DNA of 64,000 nucleotides from Octopus sinensis (lineage: Eukaryota). The notes under the pieces were generated by a model that saw only the letters and a program-made list of their open reading frames with translations, did no database searches and had not been told where the DNA came from. This document shows positions 25,230-39,265 of this stretch, one piece after another. Position numbers and translations under genes: made by a program. The stretch is from the NCBI RefSeq assembly GCF_006345805.1, contig NC_043012.1, positions 17,546,001 through 17,610,000 of the forward strand. The letters run 5' to 3'. Position 1 is the stretch's first letter. Every line of letters begins with the position of its first letter.

Positions 25230-25403
25230 TGATTTTTTTGATTTTCCAGTTTCAGCTAATGAGCTGTGGCCATGCTGGGGCACCGCCATTTTATATATAT
25301 ATGTATATATATATATTTATATTTATATATATATATATATGTATGTATGCATATATATATATATTATATATATATATATTTGTATATATATATATATATT
25401 TGT

Positions 25404-25488
<85 letters not shown>

Positions 25489-25491
<3 letters not shown>

Positions 25492-25620
25492 AGAGTTTAC
25501 GAAAAAAACAAAAAACGAAGACAGGTGGTGTACAAAACAAACAGATGTATTAGTATAACGCCCAGGAATAGAAAAAGTCTTTTATGTTTCGAGCTTACGC
25601 TCTTCTACAGAAAGGGAAAC
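25489..25620 (-). mobile_element. Penelope-like repeat fragment carrying a degenerate minimal hammerhead
   Basis: Minus strand CTTT-CTGTAGA-A-GAGC GTAA GCTC-GAAAC-ATA-AAAG. The downstream part is repeated in opposite orientation at ~24600-24682, without the ribozyme. Confidence 0.55.
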
Positions 25621-26114
25621 AAAAAAAAACAAGGAGAGAAAAAAGGAGAGAATTTATATATATATATATATATATAGTTATCGCCAACTAATATGGCAGT
25701 CCAGAAATATAGGAAGAATGCTGCCGTTGATTAGCTCCAAGAGGCCATCGTCTCTAGCTATTTACAGATATATACATACATACACACAGATATATACATA
25801 TATAGATACACACACACAGACACACACGCTCACACACTTATATATAGTTTTTAGAGATAAAACTAACATGTAAAACAAACAGCATGCACACGTAAATGTA
25901 AATGAAGTGCGAAAAAGTGAAGTTCTGCCGATTCTAAAGATTAAACCAGATTATGTAGCCGTAAATACAGAAAAAGTTCCCGCTCAGATAACATAGTGTT
26001 ATTTCAGGAATACTGATTAGCTTATTTCATAATGTGCTACCTTAAAAAACCTGTGTCAAATCTCCCTCCGTTTTTACATTCTTAAAAAAAGTCTGAACAT
26101 CCTGAACAATATTT

Positions 26115-26477
26115 TCTACTTTAGGCACAAGGCCCGAGGTTTTCGGGGATGGTACCAGTCGATTAGGTGGACCCAGTATGCAACTGGTACTTAATTTATT
26201 GACCCCGGAAGGATGAAAGGCAAAGTCGAACTCTTCGGAATTTGAACGAGAACGTAAATACCTATTTCTTTACTACACACAAGAGGCTAAACACAGAGGG
26301 GACAGACACACGGATTAAGTCGATTACATCGACCCAGCGCGTAACTGATACTTATTTAATCGACCCCGAAAGGATGAAAGGCAAACTCGACCTCGGCGTA
26401 ATTTGAACTCAGAACGTAAGGCAGACCGCTAAGAATTTTGCCCCGCGTGCTAACGTTTCTGCCAGCTCTACGCCTTG
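26115..26477 (-). mobile_element. Two tandem SINE family B copies (first truncated)
   Basis: CTGGTACTTAATTTATTGACCCCGGAAGGATGAAAGGCAAAGTCGA at ~26183. Second copy 26262-26477 ends TGCCAGCTCTACGCC. Confidence 0.88.
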
Positions 26478-26658
26478 AACATCCTGAATGATGTGATCTC
26501 GTAGTTTACCTTTGGTTAAACAATAAAAAAATGCATAAATGCTAACATATATATTGCGAAGCTATTTCATTTCGCAGTCAATTTTGAGTTTCCATCAATT
26601 CACATTGCACTCTGAACTTGCTTAACGCTTGTGTCAGATGCGTATAACCGGTTATACC

Positions 26659-26729
<71 letters not shown>

Positions 26730-26902
26730 CTATGTGTGTGTGTGTTTGCGTTTGTGTGTGTGTGTGTGCGCGCGCACACGCACAAATCATACATACATAA
26801 TACATACATGCATATATATAATGACCCCTCTACCATTATATAAAACAACAAATATTAATGCTTGCAAGAAAATCGATTATCTTCATTATCAATATTGTTG
26901 TC

Positions 26903-27399
26903 AGCCCCTTCGATCATGAATGACCATGGGATTGCTCCTAGAAAGTTACCCTCCGAGACACAACTCAGGACAAGGTTGTTTTTGGAAGACCAGCAGTCAC
27001 CCACGCATAGCAGCCGCCCATCTCCATGCCACCGATGTTATTCAAGGGAAAGGCAAAGGCCGATACAGCTTGGCACCAGTGACGCCACAGCTCGTTTATT
27101 AACGTGCAAGAGGCTGAGCACTCCACAGTGTACCCTTAACGTAGTTCTCGGCGAGATTCAGCATGACGTAGAGTGTGACAAGACTGGCCCTTTGAAATAC
27201 AAGTAGAACAGAAACAAAGAGTGAGAGAAAGTTGTGGTGAAAGAGTACAGCAGGGTTCACCACCATGCCCTGCCGGTGCCTCGCGGTGCTTTAGGTGTTT
27301 TCGCTCAATAAACACTCACAATGCCCGGTCTAGGAATCGAAACCGCGATCCGCCAACCGCGAGTACGCTGCCCTAACCACTGGGCCATTGCGTCTCCAC
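26903..27399 (-). mobile_element. tRNA-head SINE family C (~500 bp)
   Basis: Minus strand begins GTGGAGACGCAATGGCCCAGTGGTTAGGGCAGCG...GGTTTCGATTCCTAGACC (A and B boxes), then a GC-richer body and short ACA tail. ATTATCAATA lies near both ends (possible TSD). Confidence 0.8.
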
Positions 27400-30300
27400 T
27401 AATTATCAATATATGAATACAATAACAATACAGAGAATTAGTGATGAAAACCCGACTGGATTGTATATATTGTGCTTAATATGCAACAAATTGCAATCTA
27501 TTAACCGCGGAATTTATTGAGATTACAGCTTACTAATTTCCTAAAAATTACTAATGGACAATAAATGCACGAATTGCAGTTTAAAATTTAAAGTATGTAG
27601 CAGTTGCAAATAGTCAATTTCCAAATGCACCATCTAACCTTGTCGGAAACAAACTTCGACAACAAAAATGGTTGAGTCCTACATGTACATCTGATGCTAA
27701 AGATTACGTGCTTTCCCAAAAATATACTCACGCACTTCGCTAAGAGCATCTTTAATTAACTGATGACCAACCGCATTTAATAGAAGAGCAATATGCATAC
27801 AATGATTCAGTTAGTATCTAGCGGATTCATACAACTCATTAAATAGCTGTTATATTCAATAGCTGTAATAGCTGTTCTCTGCTATTCTCAGTAAAACATT
27901 AACTGCATATGTCGGTGGGACTCCAGCTTGGATGTAAGTAATCTGGGGAATATGAAGTCAAACTTCAGTCACCACTACTCCCATATCCATTACAGCCTGC
28001 GGTAATAATACCTGTCAAGAGCTCCAAAATGGGTCAAATACCAGGAAATATTCCTGTGGCTAACACATGTAGGATTCGTGTGTCCCACAGGTGTAACGGC
28101 CCTGATGTGACGGGGGTCATCCCACCTGCCTAAGTGTTAAAGAACGCAGAAGAGCAGGAAACAAGCTGAGTAAACAGTAAATAAATCAGTAGAAGGAAAT
28201 TCAAAACCATGGCTATATGTTTTTCACAAAATTCTTGAGTTTTCAGACTTTGGCGTGAAGGACATTTATTGCCGACCTCTTTGAAACAGAAATGATACAC
28301 GAAGAGCGAAATATCACAAACATAACAAACAAGTGGAAAATAAAGGACGCATGATTTCAACTATAGGTTTTTTTAATCAATGTTATCTCATTATCAGCAA
28401 AAGAATTTCCTATATGTTGCAAATTTCCACATTCCGCCATGATCAGAAGATTTTCATCTCAAGTTCATTGAAAATAGCGAGGCAACTTTAAATAAGTTTG
28501 CTAACACCATAACAACCGTTAATTATACGGAAAAAAAAAATAACGAATACTTCCAATTATCAGAACACAAATTTTATTAGCAACCTAATTTGCTGTAGTA
28601 ATTTATTGAACGTATGCCCAGTAAATGTCAAATGACTCGGAAAACTAGTTATATATGCACTTACTGTCATATTTAACATTAAGCAGACAGAATAGATTAC
28701 ATCAGTGTGGCAACAAATAAATTAAAGCTGAAATATGTGAAACATAAATATACATTACCACACCGCAATCAAGATTGGACACGTGTTTAGTGAACATTTT
28801 TTATAATCTACAATCTCAGCTGGTGCCATTTAGAAAAAGCAGTATTTTTAAAATAATTTTCTTTTCTTGTAGGTTATGCAAATGGGAAATTGGTATTGAT
28901 TTAAATATAGGACAAGAAAACACCGCATTAGCACACACAGGTGATTTCCTTTCGCCCACCAAAAAACAAATACCTTACTACATATTATGCCAGCAATGGT
29001 ATTCTTAAATACGAAACCAAACATTCCTGAAATATCGAAGGCACACATTTTTATATAAAAGAATGTTTGGAATTCTTCAATGTATTATATATATATATAA
29101 CAATATTTTTATGTACACATCAATAAAGTTATAGTGACCTCCTCTTAACAATAACCTTGCTAGCATTTCCCCATTAAGCACATATAACACATACACACAC
29201 ATAAACAGACACACGCACACACATACATATACATACACACACATGCGCAATATAGGTTTAATTTCCTTCCTATATTCTCTTCTTTACACAAAACAACGAG
29301 CTTGTTTTTTAAAGATTTAAACATTATTATTAGATTATTGAACCGGTTAAAACCACATATACATACAATACATACTGGAAGCAAAATCTCTGAAAACAAC
29401 ATCCAAAATGCAGCAACTCTGACAAACATTGTTAACAGATTTGAAACAACTTCTAAATTATCAGTGAATTTGTTTTTATATAATAAATAGTGTGATATCA
29501 AAATAATACACAAAAGCGGTGGACTTGGCAGAATCATGCGAGGAGAGAATATAATTCAAAGAATATATCTTAAGATTTTACCTTCTTCGTTCAAATCCCT
29601 GTAAGGTCAGATATGCACTCTTTTATCTGTCTGGAATCATTCAAATAAAATACTAGTCTAACACTGTACTCCACATTTTACAGGGTGCGAAGTTTATTTA
29701 TTCATCATTTAATCTTTAAAAGACTTTTAATCTATTCCACAGTCCCCAGAGCAGTTAAAATGCTAGCACAAGGCATAAAAATGTATGAAATCTTGTCAAC
29801 ATATATGCGGAAGACAGAGATTTAGAAATGTCAAACTTAATGTGTTGCTAGATCAAGGGTACGAAACATCGGTTAGAACTGAAAGCTTCTCGAGGGAATG
29901 TTTTAACTCTATCAAAGAGAGCAAAAAGTCTAAATATTCGGTCACTATAAGAGCATTATAAATGCATCGAACGTGTTCAAAACAATCGATCATGATTCCA
30001 GAAAATGAATGATGGCCATCCCTAAAGAACTTTGTATGTAGATGTACAGAAATTTTGTGTGTGAGGATATCTCATACAGGTGATATGAACTGAAATCAAT
30101 GCCATTCCTGTCTGCAGGTACGGGAAACCTTTTGACCCGTGGCTAACAGTTACTCTCACAAATATGGCATGCGTTGGTTCTTCTCAGATGCGAAAACCTG
30201 TGACAAAGGCCAAGAGCCTTACAAGAGAAATGATAGAATCTTAGGTGCATAACATTCTGTTCTCCTTAGGGCAATGCACACAGAGTTTCTATCAATTATG

Positions 30301-30817
30301 ACGGTTTTAGTAATGGTGAGCAATGAAGATCATGCTATGTTACCTCAAATCTTTCCACAAAGTATTAGAATTAATGTTGCTGGAAATAGCTGTTAACCTC
30401 TGTTTGGATGAAAGACGCAATGTATTTCTATACGCTTTTCAGCAACACCCAGCACCATCTAACAGAGATCATGTAACCTGAAAATGGATGTTAGACAGTT
30501 TTTTATGATCATATAACATCTAACTTGTGGAGACTGATCGACATCCACGTTATATCATATCGTCCCTGAAGCTTATCGTTATACAGTTGATATCAAAGTT
30601 TCCGTTCCCGCATCAATGTGTCATCGAAACAATTTTTTGGTCATATATACTGAGATCATGAAATACAACGAAGGGTAGGAATCTTATTTGTAGAAAGACT
30701 GTGCTCTTCGCATACAACACCAGTAAACAGCTAGCGACGTAATGGCAGTGCTCCTTACATCAAGATACGCACGCACACACATACACACACAGACAAATAA
30801 ATACATACATATATATA

Positions 30818-30858
<41 letters not shown>

Positions 30859-30977
30859 TATGTATGTACATATATATATGCATGTATATATATATATGTA
30901 TGTATGTATATATATATATATATATATAAATATATGTATATATATACATACATATATACATACGCACACACACACAC

Positions 30978-31034
<57 letters not shown>

Positions 31035-31214
31035 ATATATATACACGAGGGAGTGCAAAATCGAAAGACGAAGGCACTCAACTCGTTTGGTGGGAGTTGT
31101 ACATATTGAATAAAGTTGATTAGCCTCGTTGTCTGATTACACGAGCGGCTCTCGTTGCCTGAGACCAAAAAACTAGATTTGTGTAATGAGTCTACGAAAC
31201 CTTAATTTACATGG

Positions 31215-31425
31215 AGTCTTTTACTTGTTTCAGTCATTTGACTGCGGCCCTGCTGGAGCACCGCCTTTAATCGAGCAACTCGACCCCGGGACTTATTGTT
31301 TTGTAAGCCCAGTACTTATTCTATCGGTCTCTTTTGCCGAACCGTCAAGTAACGGGGACATAAACACACCAGCATCGGTTGTCAAGCAATGCTAGGGGAC
31401 AAACACATACACACAAACACACACA

Positions 31426-31465
<40 letters not shown>

Positions 31466-31630
31466 TACGACGGGCTTCTTTCAGTTTCCGTCTACCAAAT
31501 CAACTCACAAGGCTTTGGTCGGCCCGAGGCTATAGTAGAAGACCTTGCCCAAGGTGCCCCGCAGTGGCACTGAATCTGGAGCCATGTGGTTGGTAGACAA
31601 GCTACGTACCACAGAGCCACTCCTGCACCT
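31215..31630 (-). mobile_element. SINE family A, full-length, with internal (CA)n(TA)n
   Basis: Body, microsatellite linker, then CGACGGGCTTCTTTCAGTTTCCGTCTACC...CTTGCCCAAGGTGCC. Confidence 0.9.
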
Positions 31631-32321
31631 ATGAAAATATTATGTATATATATATATATATAATATATATATATATATTATATATATATATACATATACA
31701 TATATATACACACATACACACAGGAACACACACATACACAAAACTCACACACACACACACACATATATATATATTCACTTACAAAATATCGTGTTCATTA
31801 AGTCGCATTAAGAGGCATCCAAAATGGAAAGCCTTGTGCTAGAAAGAGAGTAAAAAACTCAGACCACTAATTAGGGATAAATTCTCGAAAGGATTAAAAC
31901 GTATACCATCTAATTTAGTTCCTAGGCCATGGTTTCTAACTCATTCCAGTAAAAAAATATTCACTGAGGCTCGTTTTCGTCAGTAGGGAGCCTTTAGATT
32001 TCAAATATACACACAACTAGATTCGCAAGTACACTAGCTGCTTGTATATCCTGACTTTTCAAAACCACTGCGGTGATGCAGTTTGTTCCCGGCGACAGAG
32101 GGGATGCCGATAAAATTTCGAACAAATCTATCAAAAAATATTTAAACATAATAAATAATATTAGAGTAATAAGAATTATAGAAATTATTATTACCAGTTG
32201 TCTAGCAGAAAAAATTAGTCAATAGACTATACATTATTCACAAAAAAATATCGTGTGCATTAAGACACATTAAGAGGCTTCCAAATAGGAAAGCACTGGT
32301 AATAATAATTTCTATAATTCT

Positions 32322-32360
<39 letters not shown>

Positions 32361-34289
32361 ATGTTTGTGTGTGTATGAATGTATGAGTGGTTAGCAGCAT
32401 GAAGGTGAGCTCAGCTGGCAGTAATATACTGTGTCACAGAAAAATAATGCTGATATATCAGAAGTGTAGTGACCTGGTTTGTGGCATTATCTAACAGTGG
32501 AACATACCATATTAGTCCCTGCATCTTATCACAGATCGGCATTCGATCAGAACGTCTATGGTATTTGTTACCTTATTGTGTCGGATCCCGAAGGACGAGA
32601 GACGAATTTTACCCCAATTGTGCTCGAACTCAAAGCATAAACGTGTAGAAGAAATAGAGCAATGATCTGTTGTCCGACGCTGTGAAGATTTACCAATCCA
32701 CCGTCCTTAAATAAATGGTTTAATGATATTAACAATATTTTACATTGCATAATCTTGTACGCGACAGTAAATGAAATATTATCAGAAATTATTATCTCAG
32801 TCAAGATTACAATAATCTGGTATACAAATAGATAATGGTGTCTACACTCAATAAAAGAATGCACACAGACACACACACACGCACACACACACACATACAT
32901 AGACACACACACATATTATCAACACGAAAATAAAGCGATGGCAGTAAGAGGTAAATATTTAATGGAAAGCGGGAAATGAATGTACAAGGAATGGAGATAT
33001 GTAGAATCTATTGCAGCAAACCCCCATCCCAAAACTCAAAACCCCAGAAAAACAACAATGAAACCACACACACCCTACAAAAACAAAAATAAAAAATAAA
33101 GACGATTGCACAAGCACACAGGAATCTGCTTAGACAAATATTGTCATAAATCTTCAAATCCTTCGCTTTTACAAATATGAACGGTAGCGAGATTGTCAGC
33201 GTTAATCCTTAAACAGAATATATCAACAACTGATGTTTCAAACATTTTACACAGATACTACCATCATAGTTGATACCAGTGATACTCGAGCGGTTGCTTC
33301 GTTAAATTGCAAATGGAAGATTTACACTGTTGCTCTGGTTAGGACAAAATCCTGGATGGAAAAACAGCGTCGGTTTTTCTGCATGTCTATATTCGTTTGA
33401 CACTAACAATGCAAAAAGCTCAAATGCAGTTATGCTCGCGCTAGATGCGAAGGAAATTGAATATTTTATGGCATTTTCGATAACGAGATTCTGAATTTTA
33501 TTATGCGACAATCTAAAATTATAGGGGAAATAAACATCAAAATATTGCCCTTAAGAAAATAAGTCACATGTTTTGTTTTTGATCATTTCATGCATCCCTA
33601 TCACGCCGTTTAACGTTTAAGTGGGAGAAATGCAGAGCATGGAAATGTTAAGAAATCCTGAGGACAAATGGAACAGAAGAAACCACCTATCCAAGCTCCC
33701 AAATCGCAGGAAAACTCACAAAAAAAAAAAAAAATGAAAGGGACAAAAACAATAATAAGAATAAGAATAAGAACAAAAAGAAAAGCCAAGGGAAGTGCAA
33801 AATAGGGAGTGAGAAGATGAAGAATTATAACAGTAACAGAAAAGAAAAGTATTACGAGAGCAAATAGATTCAATAAACAAAACAGACACAACGATTCCCT
33901 TATAAGGAGAACAATAACACAGGAACAGTAAGCTCTTTCTCAATGTCATTGTTGTCTGGAGGACAATGGAGCTCACTACAAATTTATGGCTTTAAAGGAG
34001 CTCATGACAAACTTACTCAGTTATAGCAGCACTTAGTGAGGACAAAAAATAAATCTACCCGAATTCAAAAACAGATGAAAATCTGGCTCAGACAATACCA
34101 TGTTTGAATGAATATATATCTCCATGAACTGGATTCTTTAGGAAGAGTCGATTTAATCTTTTTACTAGATGCTAATACTCAACTGTTTGGGAATTTTAAT
34201 TTAGCAACATGTGGCCAATAACACGCAGTATTTTTAGTAGTCTAATTTCCTTGCTTGTATTCGCTGTGTAGCACAGTGTTTTTTTTTTT

Positions 34290-34670
34290 GGTATGGCACT
34301 GCTTTTTCTGTTAGAAGTACTTCACTTAGTGAGTGCAATGATCTTATGTGCATTTTTGTTACTTGTGTGGCATTGGTTTTGTATGGCTTTCCATATTGTG
34401 TTTTTTTTTAAGATACTAAACCACCTAGTTTTTACACAGATTGTTTCTACCTTCAGTCACCACATTCCAGATATCTCTATTTTAGGTTTGCTTCATATCT
34501 GTATTTGCTTTCCAGACAAATTGCCTGCCGCATCTGATATTTCGTTTAATTGGTATTTTATTCAATTATGTAGTAGAAACCTGGTGGGGTTTGATAAAGA
34601 TATCCGTTCGATTAGATATAATTTGTCAGTATTTAAGAAATGGCATATCCCAAATTAAAGTCACTTAATC
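34290..34670 (-). mobile_element. R4/Dong-type RLE fragment, heavily decayed
   Basis: Minus frames: TLIWDMP, TDK, ISNRTDIFIK, KIEISGMW*LKVET. Confidence 0.55.
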
Positions 34671-34852
34671 ATTCTTTTTAAAGAATTTTAAAGTGTATAC
34701 TATAACCATTCGTTTTCTATAGGCATTTCCTTAAGTTGGCACAATTTCTTGAACTGATATACTTACTCCTTTTTGATTCAGACTGGTCAGCCACGGACAA
34801 TGCGGTTAATTGCATTACTCAGTCTTTACATATTCTGCCATTTATAAATGTA

Positions 34853-36092
34853 TCAAGTCATCCTATAAGTTCTGTCCGTTTTTAGTATTCTAAAATTTGA
34901 ATGAAATGTAATAGTATTTTAGAATGTCTAATTATTATGTTTATGCATTTTTGTACATTTAAACTAATTAAATATTATTTTACAGGATAATAGAATTAAA
35001 AGTATCCAAAGAGCATTTCACACACATAATGCTTTATGAGTACAAAAAAGGAAACTCTGCAGCGGAAGCGACTCGATATATACGCTCAGTTTATGGGAAA
35101 GAATGCTTGAATGAAAGAACTCGCAGAAGGTGGATTGCAAAATTCAGAAGTGGAGATTTCAGCCTTTAAGTTGAAGATCGAACATGACGTCCAGTTGAGT
35201 TTGATGATAAACTCCTTGAGGCATAACGTAAAGAAAATCCTGCATCATCAGTTGAAGAATTGGCAATAAAGCGTAGTTAAAAACATACAAATGTTCATCG
35301 TCGTCTTCAACAACTTGGAAAGGTCCCTAAACTTGGAAAATGGGTGCCTCATGAATTGTCTGAAAACAACCGCAAATCCCAAGTTGACATCTACTATTCT
35401 CTCCATTCTCGCGAACTCATTTCACCCTTTTTCGATAGACTTGTGACATGTGACGAACAATGGATCTTCTATCAAAATGTTAAACGTCGTAAACAGTGGC
35501 TTGGTAAAAGGGAAAAAGCTTGACCACAACCGAAAAGGGAATTTCATGGAAAAAAGTTCTTCTCTCTATCTGGTGAGATTGCAAAGGAGTAATTCACTTT
35601 GAATTGTTACTACCTAATGCAACAATCAATGCTCAAGTCTACTGTCAGCAATTAGAGTGTTTGGAACAAGCTTTAAAGACAAAAAGACCCGCTTTAGTGA
35701 ATCAAAAAGTAGTGATGTTTCATCTGGACAATGCGCCAACCTACAATGCAAAGATCACATCACAGAAGATCGAAGAGCTTGGTTGGGAAAAATTCCCCAT
35801 GCACCTTATTCTTCCGACCCTACTGCTTCAGACTACCATTTGTTTCATAGTATACAGAATCATTTGGGGGACATAACTTTTGCAAGCCATGAGGAGGTCG
35901 AAATTTCAGAGTTCTTCGCTTTGAAACCAAAAGAGTTTTACATTGATTGGATTAAAATGCTTGTAAATAGATGGAAGGAAGTCATAGATAATCAGGGAAA
36001 GTACAATGATGATTAAATTTCAGTTAAATATAACATTTGATCACTTGTTTTGCTCTATTCAAAATTCGGACAAAACTTATGGGATGACTTGA
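34853..36092 (+). mobile_element. Full-length mariner element (1240 bp) with defective transposase
   Basis: 26-bp TIRs TCAAGTCATCCTATAAGTTCTGTCCG (34853-78) and CGGACAAAACTTATGGGATGACTTGA (36067-92), 2 mismatches, TA on both sides. Motifs HIMLYEYKKGNSAAEA, WVPHEL, VTCDEQW, HLDNA, YSSDPTASDYHLF. Stops and frameshifts present. Confidence 0.95.
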
Positions 36093-36119
36093 TATTTTCA
36101 TTTATCATATGTTTTTGGT

Positions 36120-37160
36120 GGTTTCTGTGGCTTTTAATATGTCTTTTCATTTGTGTCACGTATTAAGATGTTTTTCTTTGTCTGTGAACCTATGGAATGA
36201 TCTCTTCAGCCTCTTCAATATTTTATTAACCTTCATTATTCTACTTCATTGTACTCTTCTAAAATATTTTAAGTTTGAGATGGTAACATTCTTGTTTCGT
36301 GTGTTGTTAAGGTACACTTCGTAACATACTTCACCACACTAACCTCTTGCATCGATGCATCGATTTCTATTTTATTTCTTCTTATTACTACTTGACAAAA
36401 TCGCTTGAGATCAGTGCCAAAGTTTGTCATTTGTTCAAATAATAGTCGTTTTTTCAAACCGCTGTATATAGTCGTGATTTAGCAAAGATGTCTGTGTAGG
36501 TTCTTTAGCTTCTGGAAATTTCTTTTCCGTTCTGTAGAATTTGCCTCTTCTTATTTTTGATTTTTGTTCCTTTATGTTTGACCTCGTTAAATTTTGGAAA
36601 ATGTTTCTATATTTTCTCTATACTTATTTACTTCTTTCCTTCACTGCGTTTTTATAATCTCATCTGAAGAGATTTATTGGACTATAGTCCATTTATTTCT
36701 TTGTTCATGTCGTGGTTGTTTCGTGGATTATTTTGTTTCATTTTAGATGCATCACTATTTGCATTGTATCCGCCATGGGCAGGTTTAAGATGTTATGTTA
36801 TTTGGCTGTAAAATCTATGAGATTTATCCGTGGGAAGTATTAACATCGGTGCACCAAGAGAAATTCTATTGATTTTAATTCTTTAATTATTTCCACATAG
36901 ATTTTCATAACTTCTGACTACAGAATTCTCTGATGTTTAAATCATCCTATATCAATTTTTATTTATAGTTTTGAATGTATGGTTTTAGTTCAGATTTTGT
37001 CCGTCAGTTTTATATAAATATTTTAAGTTTTGGTTGTTGTTAGATTCCTTGCGTTGTCTCATGTGCACATGTTAACTTTTTCAACAATAATTTTAGTTTC
37101 ATAGTTTGCTTTGTATTTATCGTTTGGATTTCACTGATGTATTTTCTATCTAATGGTTTC
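36120..37160 (-). mobile_element. Possible very old LINE 3' region
   Basis: Strand-skewed A-rich minus strand with broken fragments such as KSRLY and YYLN and a His/Cys-like remnant. Clade not assignable. Confidence 0.25.
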
Positions 37161-37854
37161 TATTTCAATTTGTGATATATTGATTTTTCTTTTTGACTTT
37201 GAAAGTATATCTTAATTTTGCTCTATAAATCGCGACAAAGTTTATGTTTTGAAAATGGGAATTTTTTTCCGGAAAATTCATAAGCGAATATTGTAAAATT
37301 GCGAATGTAAGATATGCATGTAAGATAGAAACAGAATTTCTTCGTGTCAAATGTGTTGTTATATAGGTGAGAATCGAAGAGAAAGGTCACCAAACCTATC
37401 AGTTATATCAACATTTTTGTAGGGTGTCATTTGTATCCATTTCGGGTGTTGCTGAAATTTGTACAATCAATTTTTCGTATTTTTTTCATTTTTTATGCAT
37501 TAAGTTCAAAGTACTCATTTGATCTTTTGTATTCTTTATGACTTTTGTGCAAGCAAAAGGAGACGGCTTAATGTTCAAATAGACTGTGGTCAGAGGTTTT
37601 GCTTACACGTGTTTACAGATCATTGTCAACATTTGTGATAACTAAATTGTATAAGATTAAAGTCAATATTTACACAAACATCCTTGAACGAACACGCCAT
37701 TCTTTAATGTTATATAAATTGTAGCTTTTGTTATAGTCATAATCGTTGCAGTTATTGTTAGTAATATCAATATTGTCCTTGTCTTACTTATTTTTCTTAT
37801 TATTGCCATTATCGTTGTTGTTATTGTCATCGTTTGGTCTTATTCTTATTGTGT

Positions 37855-38110
37855 GATTTCCCAGAGTTTGATTACTTTGCCTTTCTCTGAGGAATTCATT
37901 GGTATTGCTGTACGATCTCCACTCTGCTGTTTCATAGGTTTAGCTCAACTTTCATTGAATGCTAGTCTTGACTCTGTCTTTTTCAGTGGAGGGAATTTTT
38001 CAATGGCTAAGGTTGTACAGGTAGAGATAATGCGACTAATGGTTACTTCTCCATCTCCACATATTTTAGAGTTGCTAACTATGCTGCTCTATATTTAGTG
38101 ACGTATGTTT
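37855..38110 (-). mobile_element. R4/Dong-type CCHC zinc-knuckle fragment, decayed
   Basis: Minus frame KICGDGEVTISRIISTCTTLA and KVIKLWE, paralleling GDGEET...IISGCPVLA...ILWD in the 39870-40923 copy. Confidence 0.5.
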
Positions 38111-38180
38111 GGGACTTAAATCTAAGTGAAAGCGCGTCCAAGGATTACATTACCTTTTTTCTTTCTATATTGATAAGCAC

Positions 38181-38408
38181 GGCGAGCTAGCAGACACGTT
38201 AGCGCGCCGGGCGAAATGCTTAGCGGTATTTCGTCTGTCGTTACGTTCTGAGTTCAAATTCCGCCAAGGTCAACTTTGCCTTTCATCCTTTCAGGGTCGA
38301 TAAATAAAGTACCAGTTTCGCACTGGGGGCGATATAATCCACTCAATCCCTTCGTCTGTCTTTGTTTGTCCCCTCTATGTTTAGCCCCTTCTGGGCAGTA
38401 AAGAAATA
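38181..38408 (+). mobile_element. SINE family B with 15-bp TSD
   Basis: TATATTGATAAGCAC at 38166-38180 and 38409-38423. Confidence 0.93.
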
Positions 38409-38486
38409 TATATTGATAAGCACCAAATGAGCATTGAAGCTGATGTAACCGGCATCCTCTTTGGGCTTTGACCATATCGTACAAAG

Positions 38487-38542
38487 AATTATTATTATCA
38501 TTATTATATTATTTTATTATTATTATTATTATTTTATTATTA

Positions 38543-38580
<38 letters not shown>

Positions 38581-38613
38581 TTATTAACATCATCATTATT
38601 ATTATTATTATTA

Positions 38614-38680
<67 letters not shown>

Positions 38681-38759
38681 CATCATATTATTATTATTAT
38701 TATTTTATTATTATTATTATTTTATTAGATTATTATATTATTATTATTATTAATCATCA

Positions 38760-38812
<53 letters not shown>

Positions 38813-38872
38813 ATTATTATTATATTATTATTATTAATCATCATCATTTTATTATTATTATTATTATTATTA

Positions 38873-38915
<43 letters not shown>

Positions 38916-38920
38916 CATCA

Positions 38921-38983
<63 letters not shown>

Positions 38984-39012
38984 TTTATTATTATTATTAA
39001 TCATCATCATTA

Positions 39013-39046
<34 letters not shown>

Positions 39047-39089
39047 TATTATTATTAATTATTATTATTATTATTATTATTAATCATCA

Positions 39090-39140
<51 letters not shown>

Positions 39141-39167
39141 TATTAATCATCATTATATTATTATTAA

Positions 39168-39200
<33 letters not shown>

Positions 39201-39205
39201 CATCA

Positions 39206-39247
<42 letters not shown>

Positions 39248-39265
39248 TATATTATAATTATTATT
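38487..39265. repeat. ~780-bp (ATT)n array with periodic AATCATCAT interruptions
   Basis: Directly visible. Confidence 0.95.

Noticed and set aside
27320-27399. tRNA-like sequence (also the heads of SINE families A and B)
   Set aside because: A/B boxes are present but there is no complete cloverleaf, and they continue into SINE bodies. Not tRNA genes.
27755-27800. CTGATGA core-like heptamer (also at ~7783 and ~60240)
   Set aside because: No properly placed GAAA or flanking stems.
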